Shown: positions 12,090-25,143, numbered from the whole stretch's first letter. The stretch: DNA of 62,964 bases, filler included, from Sphacelaria rigidula (GCA_964200075.2; 7 parts of 7 records of this genome joined end to end with filler, not necessarily neighbours in it), one strand, 5' to 3'. A program made the numbers and translations. The notes: generated by a model from the letters alone, not told the origin.

Positions 12090-14050
12090 GTACAGACTCT
12101 GCTCGCAGTCTTTCGGGTCTACCTGACCCTTCTTGCGTTGCCAGCATAGCTTCACACTGTCTTTAGTGTTGTTGTGAAACACGAAGTAGATACATCAACA
12201 GCGCGCATGTAACTACGAAAACTGAAAGGTGCTCGTCGAAGACATACTGTTACATACTGTACTGACTTTGCATGCACTTGATGATACGGACAACATATTG
12301 TTAGTACCTCTCCGGCTCGTCCGTACACTCGTTCGTTTTTACTACTGTCTCTACTGTCTCAATTGCTGTGGTTACCATGATCGCTGCTCAAGCACTGTGA
12401 TGGCCGATCTTCTCAAGACGGGGCATGAAGTGAAATTTCCTACTTCAACCAAACATGCGGGATATTCATCCATGTGCAATACAGTATGCAATGATTTGTA
12501 CGTACTCGCTCACCATTTATCGCAGGGCAACACAGTTTTCCAGCGCAAGGGATGATCAGTTTAACGAGGAACAGCTCATCCTGAATGTCAGGGTATCTTG
12601 ATCTCAGCTTCAGCCGATGGTATTTCTCTTTTGCACTGGTGGTTTTGAATCTCATGTCTTGGGCCACTTCGTTCCCTTCCATAGGAGTAAAACCAGGGGG
12701 CCGGCTTTCACCGATTCTGAAAGAACCGAGTTCAAGCCGGATGTAAAGAGGCATGTTTATGTAACCGTCTTCGTACGGGCTCTAACATCCTCCCCCCTGA
12801 CTGCGGCACATTGCCAGTTCCCGCAGTCAGCCCTCCGGGACTTTTCCATCAGATTAGATGGGCCCATCATTGTACTGCCCTTCCTCCATGTATGCCGCGA
12901 TCCATAACAGAAACGTGATGGTGGCGGTAAGCGTGTCTGCAGGTGGCTGCTGATCAATGTGTTCCAGACAGATATGAGGATGTGACATGCGGCGCTGTAG
13001 TATGCTTCTCATTTTGCAACAGTAGGGTGAGCTGTCAGAGGTTTTGAGCTGAACCAACCGTTTGACTGAAACTGCTGGGTACGTTTTTCCCATCTCGGCG
13101 GGACAGAGTTCCTCGAGGGGATAGTTGGTGCATTCCGTTCTGCGGTTGTTTGTGACAAAATATCTGGGCCAACACGTAAAATTAGACGGAGTTGTACGAC
13201 AATGTATGATGATGATAAAAAGAATGCACACAAGAACCTCACGTGTGTTGTGAAACATGAAGGACTTTCAGGCTGATTACGGTAGGTGGATGGCCTTAGC
13301 CGGCATTGAGACATTTTTACAGGGATATACCGATCTTGACATTAGTGAATTGCACGTTCTATCATCCCTGGAAGTCTTGGTTGAATTCCCACTAACTTGG
13401 TTGGTCGATGGGTAGGTATCTTGATCGCAAAAGAAGTATTGCACAATCCGCCCTTCCTTGGAGTGTAGTTGAATTTCTCAAACTTTGCAGGTCGACGATG
13501 AAATGCTTGTTGTCATATCGGATGAATGACTCGATGGCATGATGATCTTGGTATGTGACCGGCGTTGAGGCCCTTTTCAACAGGGATGTGCCGCTCTCAA
13601 CGTCAGGTGTTACACTATACGCTTTCACCTTCGAGTACAGGCAGATGTTCTCTAACTTGCTGGGTAGAAGGGTAGGTATCTTGATTGCATAGAAAGTATT
13701 GCACGATTCCCCCTCCCTAGGGGTGTAGGGTTAATGTCCCAGGCTTGATACGGTTGATGACGAAGTGTATTTTCGGTACTTGGTTATCTGCGGATAAACC
13801 AATATATACATCTTTTTGGCGCTGGGGTCATGTTTACATGAAGAGCCGACCCAGTCCCATGTATTCCATTTTTTCGCCACCTGTGGGGTGTGGGTGCAGG
13901 GCACCGTTCCCAGCCAGCATGGTTGTTGAAGAAATTATGAAGATCATCTCAATAGGTGCAGTAAGGGTAGGACGCTATACCACTGACTTGGTTGTACAGA
14001 CGATATCGGCATTTACTCATTTCAGTGGCGTGCAGAAGTACACATGTGAG
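12090..14050 (-). pseudogene. Decayed minus-strand coding-like region(s) of unknown family
   Basis: Chain of ORF fragments (12440-12754, 12854-13258, 13392-13628); part is homologous to 330-720; contains an internal direct duplication. Confidence 0.3.
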
Positions 14051-15300
14051 TTATGACGACCAGTTGAATCCTAAGACATATGCTCCGTAGAGTCAATCTT
14101 GGTTTGATGATACTGCTTGGCCCTTCATTTTCACAAAGTATAGAGGGCACTTCTCGTCGTGAATTAACTTCGACTGCCCCTTGATCTCGATTCCCATAAG
14201 GAGGTGGAAACACGAGAGGTGTCAAAGTGCGTTTGGTCACGACTTGTGGCATTGACGGTTAAATTAACTGGGGGGGGGGGCTGTTTGAAAAAGGAACAGT
14301 AATAATCGGTGCCCTGTGGGGTACAGACTGAGTACAAATCACGTATTCCGTATGTGGTAGGTACGAACAAAAGACATGTTACGCAGGACATGAACATCAA
14401 GAAATGCCTACCTTGAACCCGTTTTGGATGTAGTTGTGAGGCTGTGAGCTGGCAGAACTAGTACCATGAGGTGAAAGAACAGGTGTTATGGCATGACACT
14501 ATAAAAGAAGAAATGCTCATTTTTCACCCCACGTGATTGGTGGTCAAGATTGATATCCTGATGGCACTGGGACCATGTACGGTGGGAAAACATGCTGGCA
14601 CGGCATGCCACAACAAGAGTGCAGAGCGCAAATTGTTCTTGGTTGACCGGAGTTGTCGCCTGGTGAACTGACCAAAACGTGCGCGGGCATGTCGACACAG
14701 CATGGAAAAACAAGTGTGTAACCGGAAGCAAGGATGCGTAAGATACAGATGACTGTTGAGATGTGACTCTTTGTGGATTTTTTGTTTTTGTGTGATTATA
14801 ACGGTCGGTGGAGTGAGATATCATCATATTGATGAGATCTGGTGACTGATACGATTCTGGATATTTCCCTAAATTGTCACTGTGTCGCGGCGAGCCTCAA
14901 TTCCCGGTGAGGCTCGATATTTGAAATAATCGTTTCCTGCGATAGGTGGGAAGCTAATATTGGGTGGACGCGAGCCGGCAACGAGCACAACCCCCCAGCT
15001 GCATGGATCTCTCGGTGGACATCGGTGGAGAGAGGAGAACAACGCTCCACGATGCAGATGCCCCCCAGTGCCGTAGCCCGAAACGAGGGAGGCAAGAGAG
15101 AGACGCAGACCGTTTGAAAGCAAAACATGAGGGGGGGCGGCAGGATGTGATGTCATGTTGTGCTTTTGATAGCGCGTGTTGACAACAGTTGAGCAAACAT
15201 TTTGCTCTGCCGGTTCGCTTTCGCTAAGTAGAGTTCTGGTTGATTGACAGTATGTGCCGATAATTATTTCTCCGCCGCATCGTGACGTGACGAAGATTTG

Positions 15301-15470
15301 AAAATAGGACATGTGCACCTGATGATGCGCACGCTGTACTCCGAAAGATGAGCGTGAGGGTTTCTCTGTTTTTCTGTTTGGAAGATTGATATCTCGGAGT
15401 ATGAAAAATAGGGCATGTGCACTTGATGATGCGCACGCTGTAGTGCAAGATGAGCGTGAGAGTCTTGATT
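15301..15470. repeat. Tandem duplication, unit about 104 bp
   Basis: AAAATAGG(A/G)CATGTGCAC(C/T)TGATGATGCGCACGCTGTA at 15301 and about 15405. Confidence 0.8.
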
Positions 15471-16349
15471 TTGTACTATGCTGCAGAGTTGGATGCATGT
15501 CTGAACCGATACTCGGTGTGCACTGGATTGCTTGAACCATGGAAAAGCGCAAAACGTGAGAGTTTGTTCGCAAATTTCCAAATATGGATATCATCATGAT
15601 TTTGGTTCCGAGAGAGCTTGGTGTTGGATTTTGGACGGTGATCGGGATCTTCGAGCGCAAGAATTTGAATGAGGTACAGAGAATTTTGAAGTACTGTAAC
15701 TTTTCTAAAGAAGGTGCGTACATACGATTCTGGTATGTATTGTCTATGGGGGGGGTAGGTGCGATTTTTCTCCGACAGTACCTGTTCAGTGACGTGAGTG
15801 GTCTTGGGAGACATCCCCGCTCACAGGATGAATCGTTGTGTAGATTGGTTGCCCGTGAGCCTACCACTGAAACGACTTCCCAAGGGGGGTGTTGAGGTGA
15901 AGAGCCTTTTCAGTGTAGTCTACAGTACTGATCAGCCACGGTACAGAGGTATCCGTCTTCACGGGTTGTGACAGTTAAATGCGGTGGGATTTGATACCAT
16001 AGTAGGCGTATGTCTTGTACCTACGTACGCAATGTTTGCTTGTCACGGTGTTGGGGTAGCCACACCCAGTCACTTCGCTCTCTCCCTTCTTTTCCTTCCT
16101 TGACTGGCTTAGTCAAGTTATGTAATACTACTCCTCTACAACAGCATGCTCGGCTCAGCCGTGTCCTTTGATCGACTTGATCAGTCGTGTCTAGCTGTTC
16201 CTGTTTACGGATCACGTATCAAAGAACAACGTGTGTTGGCGGTTTTCCTTGCTTGGGGGCCAAAAGGTGGGTCAAACGTCCCAAAAGTGAAGAATCCGTG
16301 GGCCAACATCTGTTTGTCGTAACATCCGGCCTAAGCGGTTTTTTGCAAC

Positions 16350-16790
16350 GTGATTCTCGCGATATTTGTTTTGCTAGATTATTGTCACTCAAAAACCCTT
16401 ACCGATTTCGTTTTTTTGGGTATAAAATCGTCAAAAAGACACCAAATGCATCCTGCTCCAAGGGGCACCTGCACACACAGCAGTTGTCGCTCCCTGACTA
16501 GTATCCTCCAAATCAAAGTCTTGAGTGAGAACGCCCATGTACAAGGAAGGATGATCTTTATCTAGTATCATGCTCCAAAACGTACCTGACAAGGGGGCAA
16601 CACCCCCGTACAGACAGTAGCAATGCTAGCGGATCCTACGTCCTGACAGTCTGTGACAGTCTGGCAGCCGGCAAGGTGGTTATGATAGTGTCCTTCTAGC
16701 GATGTCAACTTACAGTGCACTGGAGGAGAGTTTGCAGGTGATTTTTTCGGCGATTGCCTCACCTGCAGTTCACCTAGATGTTGCGGACTT
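16350..16790 (+). repeat. Dispersed repeat family C, copy 2
   Basis: Collinear with 8285-8730. Confidence 0.85.
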
Positions 16791-17295
16791 CTTCTCGACA
16801 TTACCGAGTAACATTACGTTAACATGTTACAGGGTAAATAATGACCCCGGAGAGAAGACAATGGAGTGATCCAACTGCGGGTCCTGACACCTTAACCCGC
16901 TCGAGGATGAGGCTTTTTCCCGCGACGACCCCTGCGTCCGGCTGCACACCTCACAGACGCTCTCGCTTCCCGTACACCGCAGGGTTTCATCCCTGCGGTG
17001 ACAGTTTAGCTTTTGGGAACTGTGATATTGTATTTTTTGTCGTTACTTTTTGCATTGATTGGATGATGGAGCCCTTTTCGTACCCTTGCTTATATGACGA
17101 ATCATGTGTCGAATCCAGTGCTCGACACGGAACGAGTCGATACGCGACAGGAGTGATAAGACCAGGGCATGCTCTTATCTTCATGTACTCAGTGCTCCCA
17201 ACTTGTGCTGATCGTACACCTTACGATCTTCACCCCACACCCTTGTCCTGGGTATATGTGTCATCGAGAGAAACGGCGCTAAAAACACGAAATCC

Positions 17296-17717
17296 TACAA
17301 ATTGGGGGTGGATCTTTTATTGGGGATGAGGACCCCGGAGAATTAAGATCTTCGTATCCACACCAAATCTTCGAAATATGGTTCCATTTCTTCACCTACT
17401 GATAGCTATCGACAGCTGCTACAAGCCATAAGAATTTGGATTTCGATCACCGAAATGTTGGGGTCCTAGTTGAAAAACCAATTTCGGGGAATTCCGGGTG
17501 TCCGAACGGACGCGAAAATGATTCCGAAATGGTTTGTTTCACGTAGGATCCCAAAATTTCGGTGATCGAAATCCAAATTTCTTTGGCGTGTAGATATTGT
17601 CAATAGCTATCAGTAGGCGAAGAAATTGAACAGTATTTTGGAGATTTGATGTGGATATGAAGATTTTTAATTCTCCGGGTTTCTCATCCCCAATAAAAGA
17701 TCCATCCCCCATGTGTA
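17296..17717. mobile_element. Foldback MITE (family D), about 420 bp, TA-flanked
   Basis: GGATCTTTTATTGGGGATGAG...CCGGAGAATTAA on the left, reverse complement TTAATTCTCCGG...CTCATCCCCAATAAAAGATCC on the right; arms about 190 bp. Confidence 0.85.
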
Positions 17718-17754
17718 AGATCCCGTGTTTAAATGCGATGGCAACCGTTCACCC

Positions 17755-17840
17755 CCCACCATGCTCCGTCTCGAAAGGGATGCGTGGTCAATGGTCACAC
17801 GACTAAGGCAAGCAACAAATGAGTACGCCCCCCCCCCCCA
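17755..17840 (+). repeat. About 100-bp dispersed repeat (family E)
   Basis: TGCTCCGTC...GGGATGCG..GTCAA.GGTCA...GAGTA + poly-C; also at about 38680-38780 and 53795-53910. Confidence 0.7.
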
Positions 17841-17920
17841 CCAGGCCACGTCGGGACGCGGAAGCACGATACATCGAGGACAGTTTGTGTCCGCGTTGAA
17901 TACAATTAAGTGGTTTGCCC

Positions 17921-18020
17921 NNNNNNNNNNNNNNNNNNNNNNNNNNNNNNNNNNNNNNNNNNNNTTAATTAATTAANNNNNNNNNNNNNNNNNNNNNNNN
18001 NNNNNNNNNNNNNNNNNNNN
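17921..18020. other. Artificial contig linker
   Basis: Same 100-bp N/TTAATTAATTAA/N structure. Confidence 0.98.
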
Positions 18021-18293
18021 CTTCTCGACAACAACCGCTCGACTGAGCGATTAACAGGCTCCGCCCGACCTCCTGGTTGCTGTAAAGCGTCAACCTCTAT
18101 ACTGACACGCCGACAGTCCGTAAAATCAGGCGTGTTTACACCTCGCACCGAAGTGTTTCTTGCACGTGCACAGTCACCTGAGCTACTTACTGTACACGCC
18201 AATGCCCAGCGCCTCAAGCGTAGGGCTCCCCATGATTATTACATCATGTGTACTGTAGAGTAGTCCACGCCGTAGGCGGAGTTCTGGGGGTGC

Positions 18294-18577
18294 TGTAGAG
18301 TAGTCCACCTCCAGTACACGTACGAGCAGGTTCATGACGATATACAAGTGGAATAATCTGCTGTAGGCATTTTCTATTGGTTGACGGACTTGCCGGTCTG
18401 ATCGGCAGACTATGTGGATGTGAACATCACATGCTTCACGCATGTGGTTACTTCCGATAGTGAAGACTGTGTGTTCATGAATAACAACTGTGTTGAAGTC
18501 TCCAGGCCCTGGTGAGGGAGGAAGCCCTTAGAGCAATCTTGTGACCTTGTTCTGAGTCCAGGAGGGCTCTCTAGTAC
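18294..18577 (+). repeat. Possible LTR, related by its upstream purine tract to 25144-25370
   Basis: GTAGGCGGAGTTCTGGGGGTGC|TGTAGAG matches GTAGGGGAGCTGTGGGGTGC|TGTAGAC at about 25125; 3' boundary uncertain. Confidence 0.4.
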
Positions 18578-18579
18578 CT

Positions 18580-19980
18580 GGTATGACCGGATATGAACAT
18601 GGGTCCAGCACAACCGGTCCCCAGCTGGTGTGTAAGGCGATTCGGACAGGGCAAGTTTTCTGCTTTACGCGCTCAACACTGCCGTTAGCCAGTTTCACCA
18701 GGTGTTCACCAACCATCGGTGTGACCACTGGAACATCGGAACTATAGCTTGTAATTTTGCCGCTACACCCACCGACATGGTCGTAATTCCAGACCCCGAG
18801 TCTCAAATGGTCTTGACCGGACAAACAGTCTGTGCCCCTGCACTCAGTACAAACAAGTCGGCGAGACACCATATTTCGTCTTTTTCTACGCGTATACCCT
18901 CAGATTGGAAACCTGATACCCCACCCGCTTTAACCGATCTCCACGACGACATCGTCTCAGATATCCAGCGCGGGACTGTTTCCCATGTTTCCCCCGATAT
19001 GGTCTGCTGTACGCCACGAGTAGAAATGACCGGTTGTGGTGGTAGCATCACTCCACTGCTGGGGTGGGCCCTGCGACAGCTGCTGCGGTTGTTGCCGCGT
19101 GTCGCCGGCTTTCGACTGCCACCTGCAGTATGTTGTGGAGCAACAGCTTGGCTTTGCTGCTTACAATTCTTCACGAAGTGGCCCTTGTTTCCACATGAGA
19201 AACAAACTGCGACGCTTCGGCTCGGTTTCCGAGATTTCCCGGAACTGGCAGTCTCACTGCCACTGGTCGCCATTTTCTCACCATTCGGTTCGCGCTTGGC
19301 CAAGGAGGTCCCGCTGCTGCCTTTCTGTTTCAGCTGCGGCTGGTGATGGCGCTGTTTATTAGCCGCTTCTACCGTTTTCCATGCCTCTGCTGCTTTCCGA
19401 GCCGGATCATACACGAGCCCAGGGTCCTCTTTCCACCCCGCCTTCATGTGTAGCGTGTTGAGCACTATTGTTTTGAATTCAGGGGGAGCATGCCGGCGAG
19501 CAATGTCCGCCTAATTATTTGAGCGGGCTCTGCTTTGAACGTCTCGTCCTCGCGAAACGCGCGCTCGATGCTCGCGTTTCCGGCGAAAAACTCCTCGAGG
19601 GTACCCCACTGTCCCCCGGTTTTACCCATAGCAGTCGGCTCATTGCGAGCGGCCAACGCCTTCGGCACACTCGCTGCAGCTACGGAAGGATCGATCTCTG
19701 TATCAATTCAGATGTTTATCATCGAGTACCGATCCGTCGCGTACTGTAGGTGTCAAACACGCGTGAATGTGCTTCGGCACGAGTTCTGTCACGGTCAATG
19801 AAGCGGCCTGTACTGCACGCCCATCGCTGTTCAGTTGTGCAGTCTCTTCGTAATCCGTAAAGTTTTGAAAAAGTCGTCTGGAGGCATCTTCACTGAAGTG
19901 CCGTCCGTACTCCGGTGCTTCTAACGATCCACCTGTCGTAAGCCTAGTAGATTGAAACGTTACCTCATCGCCTGCATCGC
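18580..19980 (-). mobile_element. Ty3/gypsy gag-protease remnant
   Basis: CCHC knuckle CFSCGNKGHFVKNC (ORF 18803-19465); ALHTSWGPVVLDP segment; homologous to 20400-21922; stops and frameshifts. Confidence 0.8.
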
Positions 19981-20389
19981 TCCCACCACCTTACCGCGCT
20001 ATCAGTTTGGATCTCGTGACAATGGGTTGGATAATGATTATTAAATGCGTAGCATATTGTGTTTACAAGGAGAGCAAAAAAAAGTCACTTATGATCAACG
20101 AAGACTGCTGTTTGTATTACTGCTTGAGTCTTGAAGTCTCTGGAGCCCATGAGAGGAAAGAAGCCTCTGGAGCAGCACTGTAACCACGTCCTGATTTTAG
20201 ACAAGTCTATACTTGACGTTTATTCAGGAAACTTGTCGTTTCTGGATTAGGTTTTTGAAGTCGCACCCAACCGTTTGTAGAACCTGAGGACGCTCACGTC
20301 GAATAACAGGGAGGGAGAAGGCGTTGGAGAGAGAGGCGAAGGCCACACGAATCCAAGGCGACTGCGGTGACAGGAGGCTATTGGAAGGG

Positions 20390-21922
20390 TGGCAGCGGGA
20401 AGGGAAGGTGGCACCAGCGAGACGGTTGATGAGGTGAAGTTTGCAGTAACCGAATTGACTCTCGATGAATCATTGAAAGTGCCCAAATTTGGGCGAGTTT
20501 TAAGTGAACAAGCCTCCAGACGTTTTTACCAAAAGTTTCGAGAATATGAGAGGGATTGTAAAAAAGTAACAAAGGCCGGTCGGTCAAGTGCGCACTCTTG
20601 ATCATGCAAGAGTTGGTGCCCAAGCACATCCAGAACTGCGTGTCTGACGCCACCTTTGACGGGCTGCTACTCGACGAAGACGAACTGCAGCAAGGGACTG
20701 CACGTCATGCCAAATGCGGGATCGACATGGAAATTGATCCTTCCGAAGCTGCAGCAGGTGTGAAAAAGGCCCTTACCGCACGGTCTGAACCAACTGCAAT
20801 GGATCGAGTAGAAGGGCAATGAAGTTCATTACAGGAGTACTTTGCGAAAAATGCGGATGCGAAGTGCGTTTTCCTTGAATCTGATCGTACGTTCAAGGCT
20901 GGTCCAGCACATATTATTACCAGAGCGATGGTCGCCGGCCTGACCCCACCTAAGTTTAAGAATAAAGTTCAAAATATACTGTACATGAAAAGGCACTGGA
21001 AAGAGAGCCCGAAAGTGGTTTATGATGTAGCTCATGACTTGGCGTAAAAATAGAAGACTGTTGAGGAGGTTGACGAACACCGCCGCCAGCAACCGCAACT
21101 TAGGCAAAAGGGAAGGGGCTCACAAGGCTCGAAAAAACTGACATCGAATGCCGGCGCAGCGGCTGCGGCCGCCGGAGCGGGTAGTGGCGGTAAGAGCTCA
21201 AGAAAGCCCCACAAACCTGGTCCATGGTTGTTTTGAGTGTGGCGATAAGAGTCGATACAAGAAGGACTGTAAGAAACAGAGCACACCTGCGGCCACGGTG
21301 AGTGAGTGCGCCGGGTGGGCAACCAAAGTCGTCGTCGTCGTCGCCGTCGCAGCAGCAGCAGCAGCAGCAGCAGACAACAACAACAGGGCCATGGTCAGCG
21401 GGGGGCAGTAAAGGTCCTGCTCCCACACGGGCTGTTTTCTCAGGGGATGGAATGCAAGGGGTTGCTAGCAGTGCGGAGAGCGTGGTGCCGCCCCAGCCTT
21501 CCGCTCCAGCTCCTGTAGCTCAATCTCCCACTACCGGCGGGACCGACTCAGGAGTGGACGTCTCGAACAACGCCAGTATAGCGGGGTCTTCACAAAGCTG
21601 AGGTTGCAGATTTATAGGATGAGCGGGTGGTAGTTGATCGCAAGCAGCGATGCTGCCGGGCAGGCTTGTCCGTCCCAGGTTCCACAGCCAATGACGTTTG
21701 CCCTGTTACTGTCGTTTTGGATTCGGGGGCTGGCATCACGATCATGTCTGGAAAAGTGGCGGCCTAGTTGCAAGCAGTATTTCCTGATGTGCCAGTCCGT
21801 CGTCACGAGTATGGCTCGCGCCCGGTGAAACTAAAAGCTTGTAATGTACGGAGTATGCAGTCAAAGACGTGCCTAGTGCGCACCGTTCTGCACACCAGCT
21901 TGGGGCCGGTGGTGTTGGATCC
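20390..21922 (+). mobile_element. Ty3/gypsy gag-protease remnant, related to the 18580-19980 copy
   Basis: ALTARSEPTAMD vs ALAARNEPTAMG; degenerate knuckle CFECGDKSRYKKDC; LHTSLGPVVLDP; (GTC)n(GCA)n microsatellite at about 21328-21385. Confidence 0.8.
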
Positions 21923-22330
21923 GAGAAGCATGTGTCTACCCGAGGGGACAGGCACGACAGTGCACCCACCGAACGTGCAGTAGGTGGTCCACGTCTGAAA
22001 CAACGATATTGGGCAGCTGCTTGCACTGTGAAAGCCGAGAAGCGTGTGTCTCCCCGAGGGGACAGGAACCACAGTGCACCCGCCGAACGTGCAGTAGGTG
22101 GTCCACGTTTAAAACGACGATACTGGGCAGCTGCTTGCACTGTGAAAGCCGAGAAGCATGTGTCTCCCCAACGGGAGCGGCAAGACAGTGCACCCGCCGA
22201 ACGTGCAGTAGGTGGTGTGGGTTTGAAACAACGATACGGGGCAGCTGCTTGCACTGTGAAAGCCGAGAAGCATGTGTCTGCACGAGGGGGCAGGCACGAC
22301 AGTGCACCTGCCGAGCGTGCAGTAGTAGAA
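21923..22330 (+). repeat. Tandem array, 114-bp unit, about 3.5 copies
   Basis: GAGAAGC(A/G)TGTGTCT starts at 21923, 22037, 22151 and 22265. Confidence 0.92.
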
Positions 22331-25143
22331 ATAGCTCGCCCGCGACTAAAGCAACAACACGGTGCCACTTTGAGGGGCGGGAGGGTGACGACGCATGTGT
22401 CTGTCCGAAGAGACGCACTGGGCAGCAAGAACAGTGAGTGTGCAGTAGTCGGTGCTGAATAAGCACCCGCTGGCAGTGCTGTTGGAAGAGGCCAACAAGT
22501 CACATAGCCATCGCTAGTCCGCGAAGGCAGGCACGAGAACGGTGACGCGGTGCCGCTATTGCCGTCAAAGAGCAAGCCGGACAGGAGGTGGCGGCTGTAG
22601 CGAGTATGGGTGACACTGCTGCTGCTGTTAGCGATGTTGAGAGGGCGAAGCCTACATGGGCCAGTAAGCAAGTACTGATGGGCGGAGGTTCCAGTTGCTT
22701 GTTGCCGCCGGACCAGCGCGTAGCTGGAGATACTCCTTGCATGCTCGAAGCTGCAGGGGGGTGTTATTCGCGTATTGGGAGCGAGCAGGGTAAGCAAGGA
22801 GCTCGCCGCGCTCATGGTGAATCTATCTGCGCCAGTTACACGGCGGGAGATCTGTCAGATGATTCGCAGGGGTGTCTGCTTGAAGGACAGGTGGATGCCG
22901 GGTTGGCGGAATTGCCACCGGAGCAGCGCGTAGCTGTGGACACGCTTTGCATGATCGAAACAACAAGGGCGTGTGACCCGCGTGAAGCGAAATGGCAGAG
23001 CGAGCTGCAAGCTCGTGATGCTGTTAGTGATCACAATTCTGACAGCGACGACGAGCGTCGCGTGGTGTTGGGGTGGTCGTGTGCACTGCTGTTTACATCG
23101 ACAGCTTCGGCGTGTTTGGCGGCGATGTCGGAGGTGTCTCAACGGTTGCGCCGCGGGGTGTTCGAGGAGGATAGTGTGCCATCAGGAGGTGTTACTGTTC
23201 GGGACTGTGTAGCTGGTCCCGTTTCGCCTCTCATTTCCTCTGTAAAACTGACTGGAGCACAGGTGTTAAGTTCTGCCCAAGTATCTGCGGAGGCAAATGG
23301 CTAGTTGCATTGGTTCGGCGGTGCGGATATACCGTTTAGTGACGAGCGGAGCCGGTCCACGAGGGTGGGAGCTGTAGCTGGACGCATGGCGCGAGGAGCG
23401 AGTGTTCGAGTGGAAACGCTGCTCTACGCTGTGCACGGGGTTGTGGTTCGAGTGCTGCTCTTGCTTAGGAGTGGTTGGAGGACTACAGATAAGGCACTAC
23501 CTGAGGTGTTTGCTGTTGTGGTGAGCGCCGAGTTGGGTGCTGATGTTGAGGAGCAAGCGCTGAGGTGATCGAGTGCTTGTTGAGAATGAAGAAACACATT
23601 ATGGCTGGTATTCGTAAATCGTTTTGAGAATAGTTGCAGCTTGTTATTGTGTGGTTTGTGGTCATCTTTGCGCATGAAACATGATTGTTGAGCGAGCATG
23701 ATCGTATCGCGTGTGCAGGGTGAAACTCTGACGTACACGTGGATACTTGGCATGTGTGTGTTGTGCTGATATGGTTGGCACGGACGATGCATGGTGTTTG
23801 CTGCGAGGAAGGTGGCATTGCATGTGCTGGGTGAAATATTGGCTTGCATGTGCGAATTTTCATATGCTGAGTGGAATTTTGGCAGACATGTGCGAATTTT
23901 TGCTCAAATGGTACTAGTATGAATGGTACCTGGTGACGACCTAGGGTGGGGCAGTTTTTAATATACTGCTGTATGCTAAATGAAGAGAAGCTCGTATGAT
24001 CTTCTTCGCGCAGGAACACGGTCGAATAATATTTGTGCGGTTTTCTCGTACTGACTGCAGGATATGTGGATTGCTGCTGTTAGCGTGAAAATGAGCTGAA
24101 AGATACGAAATACGTAGGCTTATCGTATGTAAGCAGGTATGAGGCGAGTGGTTCCGGTGGTTGAAGATAAAGACATTATGCGCGCATGCATCAATAATCT
24201 TTGACCGTGGCACGTTTTTGTATGGTTTGTCACGTGTTTGAACGAGCACGTGGTTGGAGTATGTAGATGATGCGTCCATCTGTTCGAAGCACTGGTGCAG
24301 GTGGACTGCCAGAGTGTCGAGGAATTCAGTATTTTTACGTTTTGGCTGATGCACGGATGGGATATGACGGTCCAAGATCCAAACGAGATATAGAAATATC
24401 TGGGATTTGCTCGAAAACAAGCGTTCGAAAACGAGATCACGGGGGGTGATCAATGATGGTGGAGGTCAAGGTCCGTTCACCGTCTTTGGATTAGTATGCA
24501 TGACTTGAATAGCGGTTTGAGTCATGGCTTTCCTTCGATTGTCTTAATAAAATGATGGCCAGTCGAAGAAGCATTGTAAGCTTTGACGGCGGGAAGGCAT
24601 GCGATGCATACGTTTTTGTCGGTGTTGGAGAAGCAAGAGGCCAGGTGCGTTTTAGAAATATTGGGCGCTTGTCTCCTTCTAGCGTGAGGATGATGTATCA
24701 TTTGGCTGTTGCTCTCCGTTGCGCAGGTGTTGAACGTAGAAAGAGTGCATCTTGTATGTTGAGAAAAACCTTGGCTCGGATGAGAGGGACGATGAGTCAC
24801 GAATGCTCTGGAATTTGACGTTCGCTGATGTTTCTGGTCTCGTGCCAATGAAGAGTCAAGAGACTCGTTTTGGGCGAAGATCTGAGAATTCGGCGATAGC
24901 TATAGCTTTGTCACTCGAAGTGGTGCAAGTAGCGTGATTGCATGTTCATGATGGACGATATTTTGTTGGGATCTCTTGCGAGTGGTTCGCAAGTGGGGCA
25001 AGCTTTCACGGAGCTGTCGTCGAAAGCAGCGGAAGAGATTGCTACTCTTTGCGGAAAACGACCGTACTGTCAGGCACCAATGATGTCTGAGTTTGTCAAG
25101 CTCTGATGTAACTACTTGTTGGTAGTAGGGAGCTGTGGGGTGC

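Noticed and set aside
14869-15867. 332-aa minus-strand ORF
   Set aside because: No recognisable motif, overlaps a tandem duplication, and composition does not look protein-like
21742-22815. 357-aa ORF as a real gene
   Set aside because: Its length is explained by the stop-poor 114-bp tandem repeat; no domain motifs
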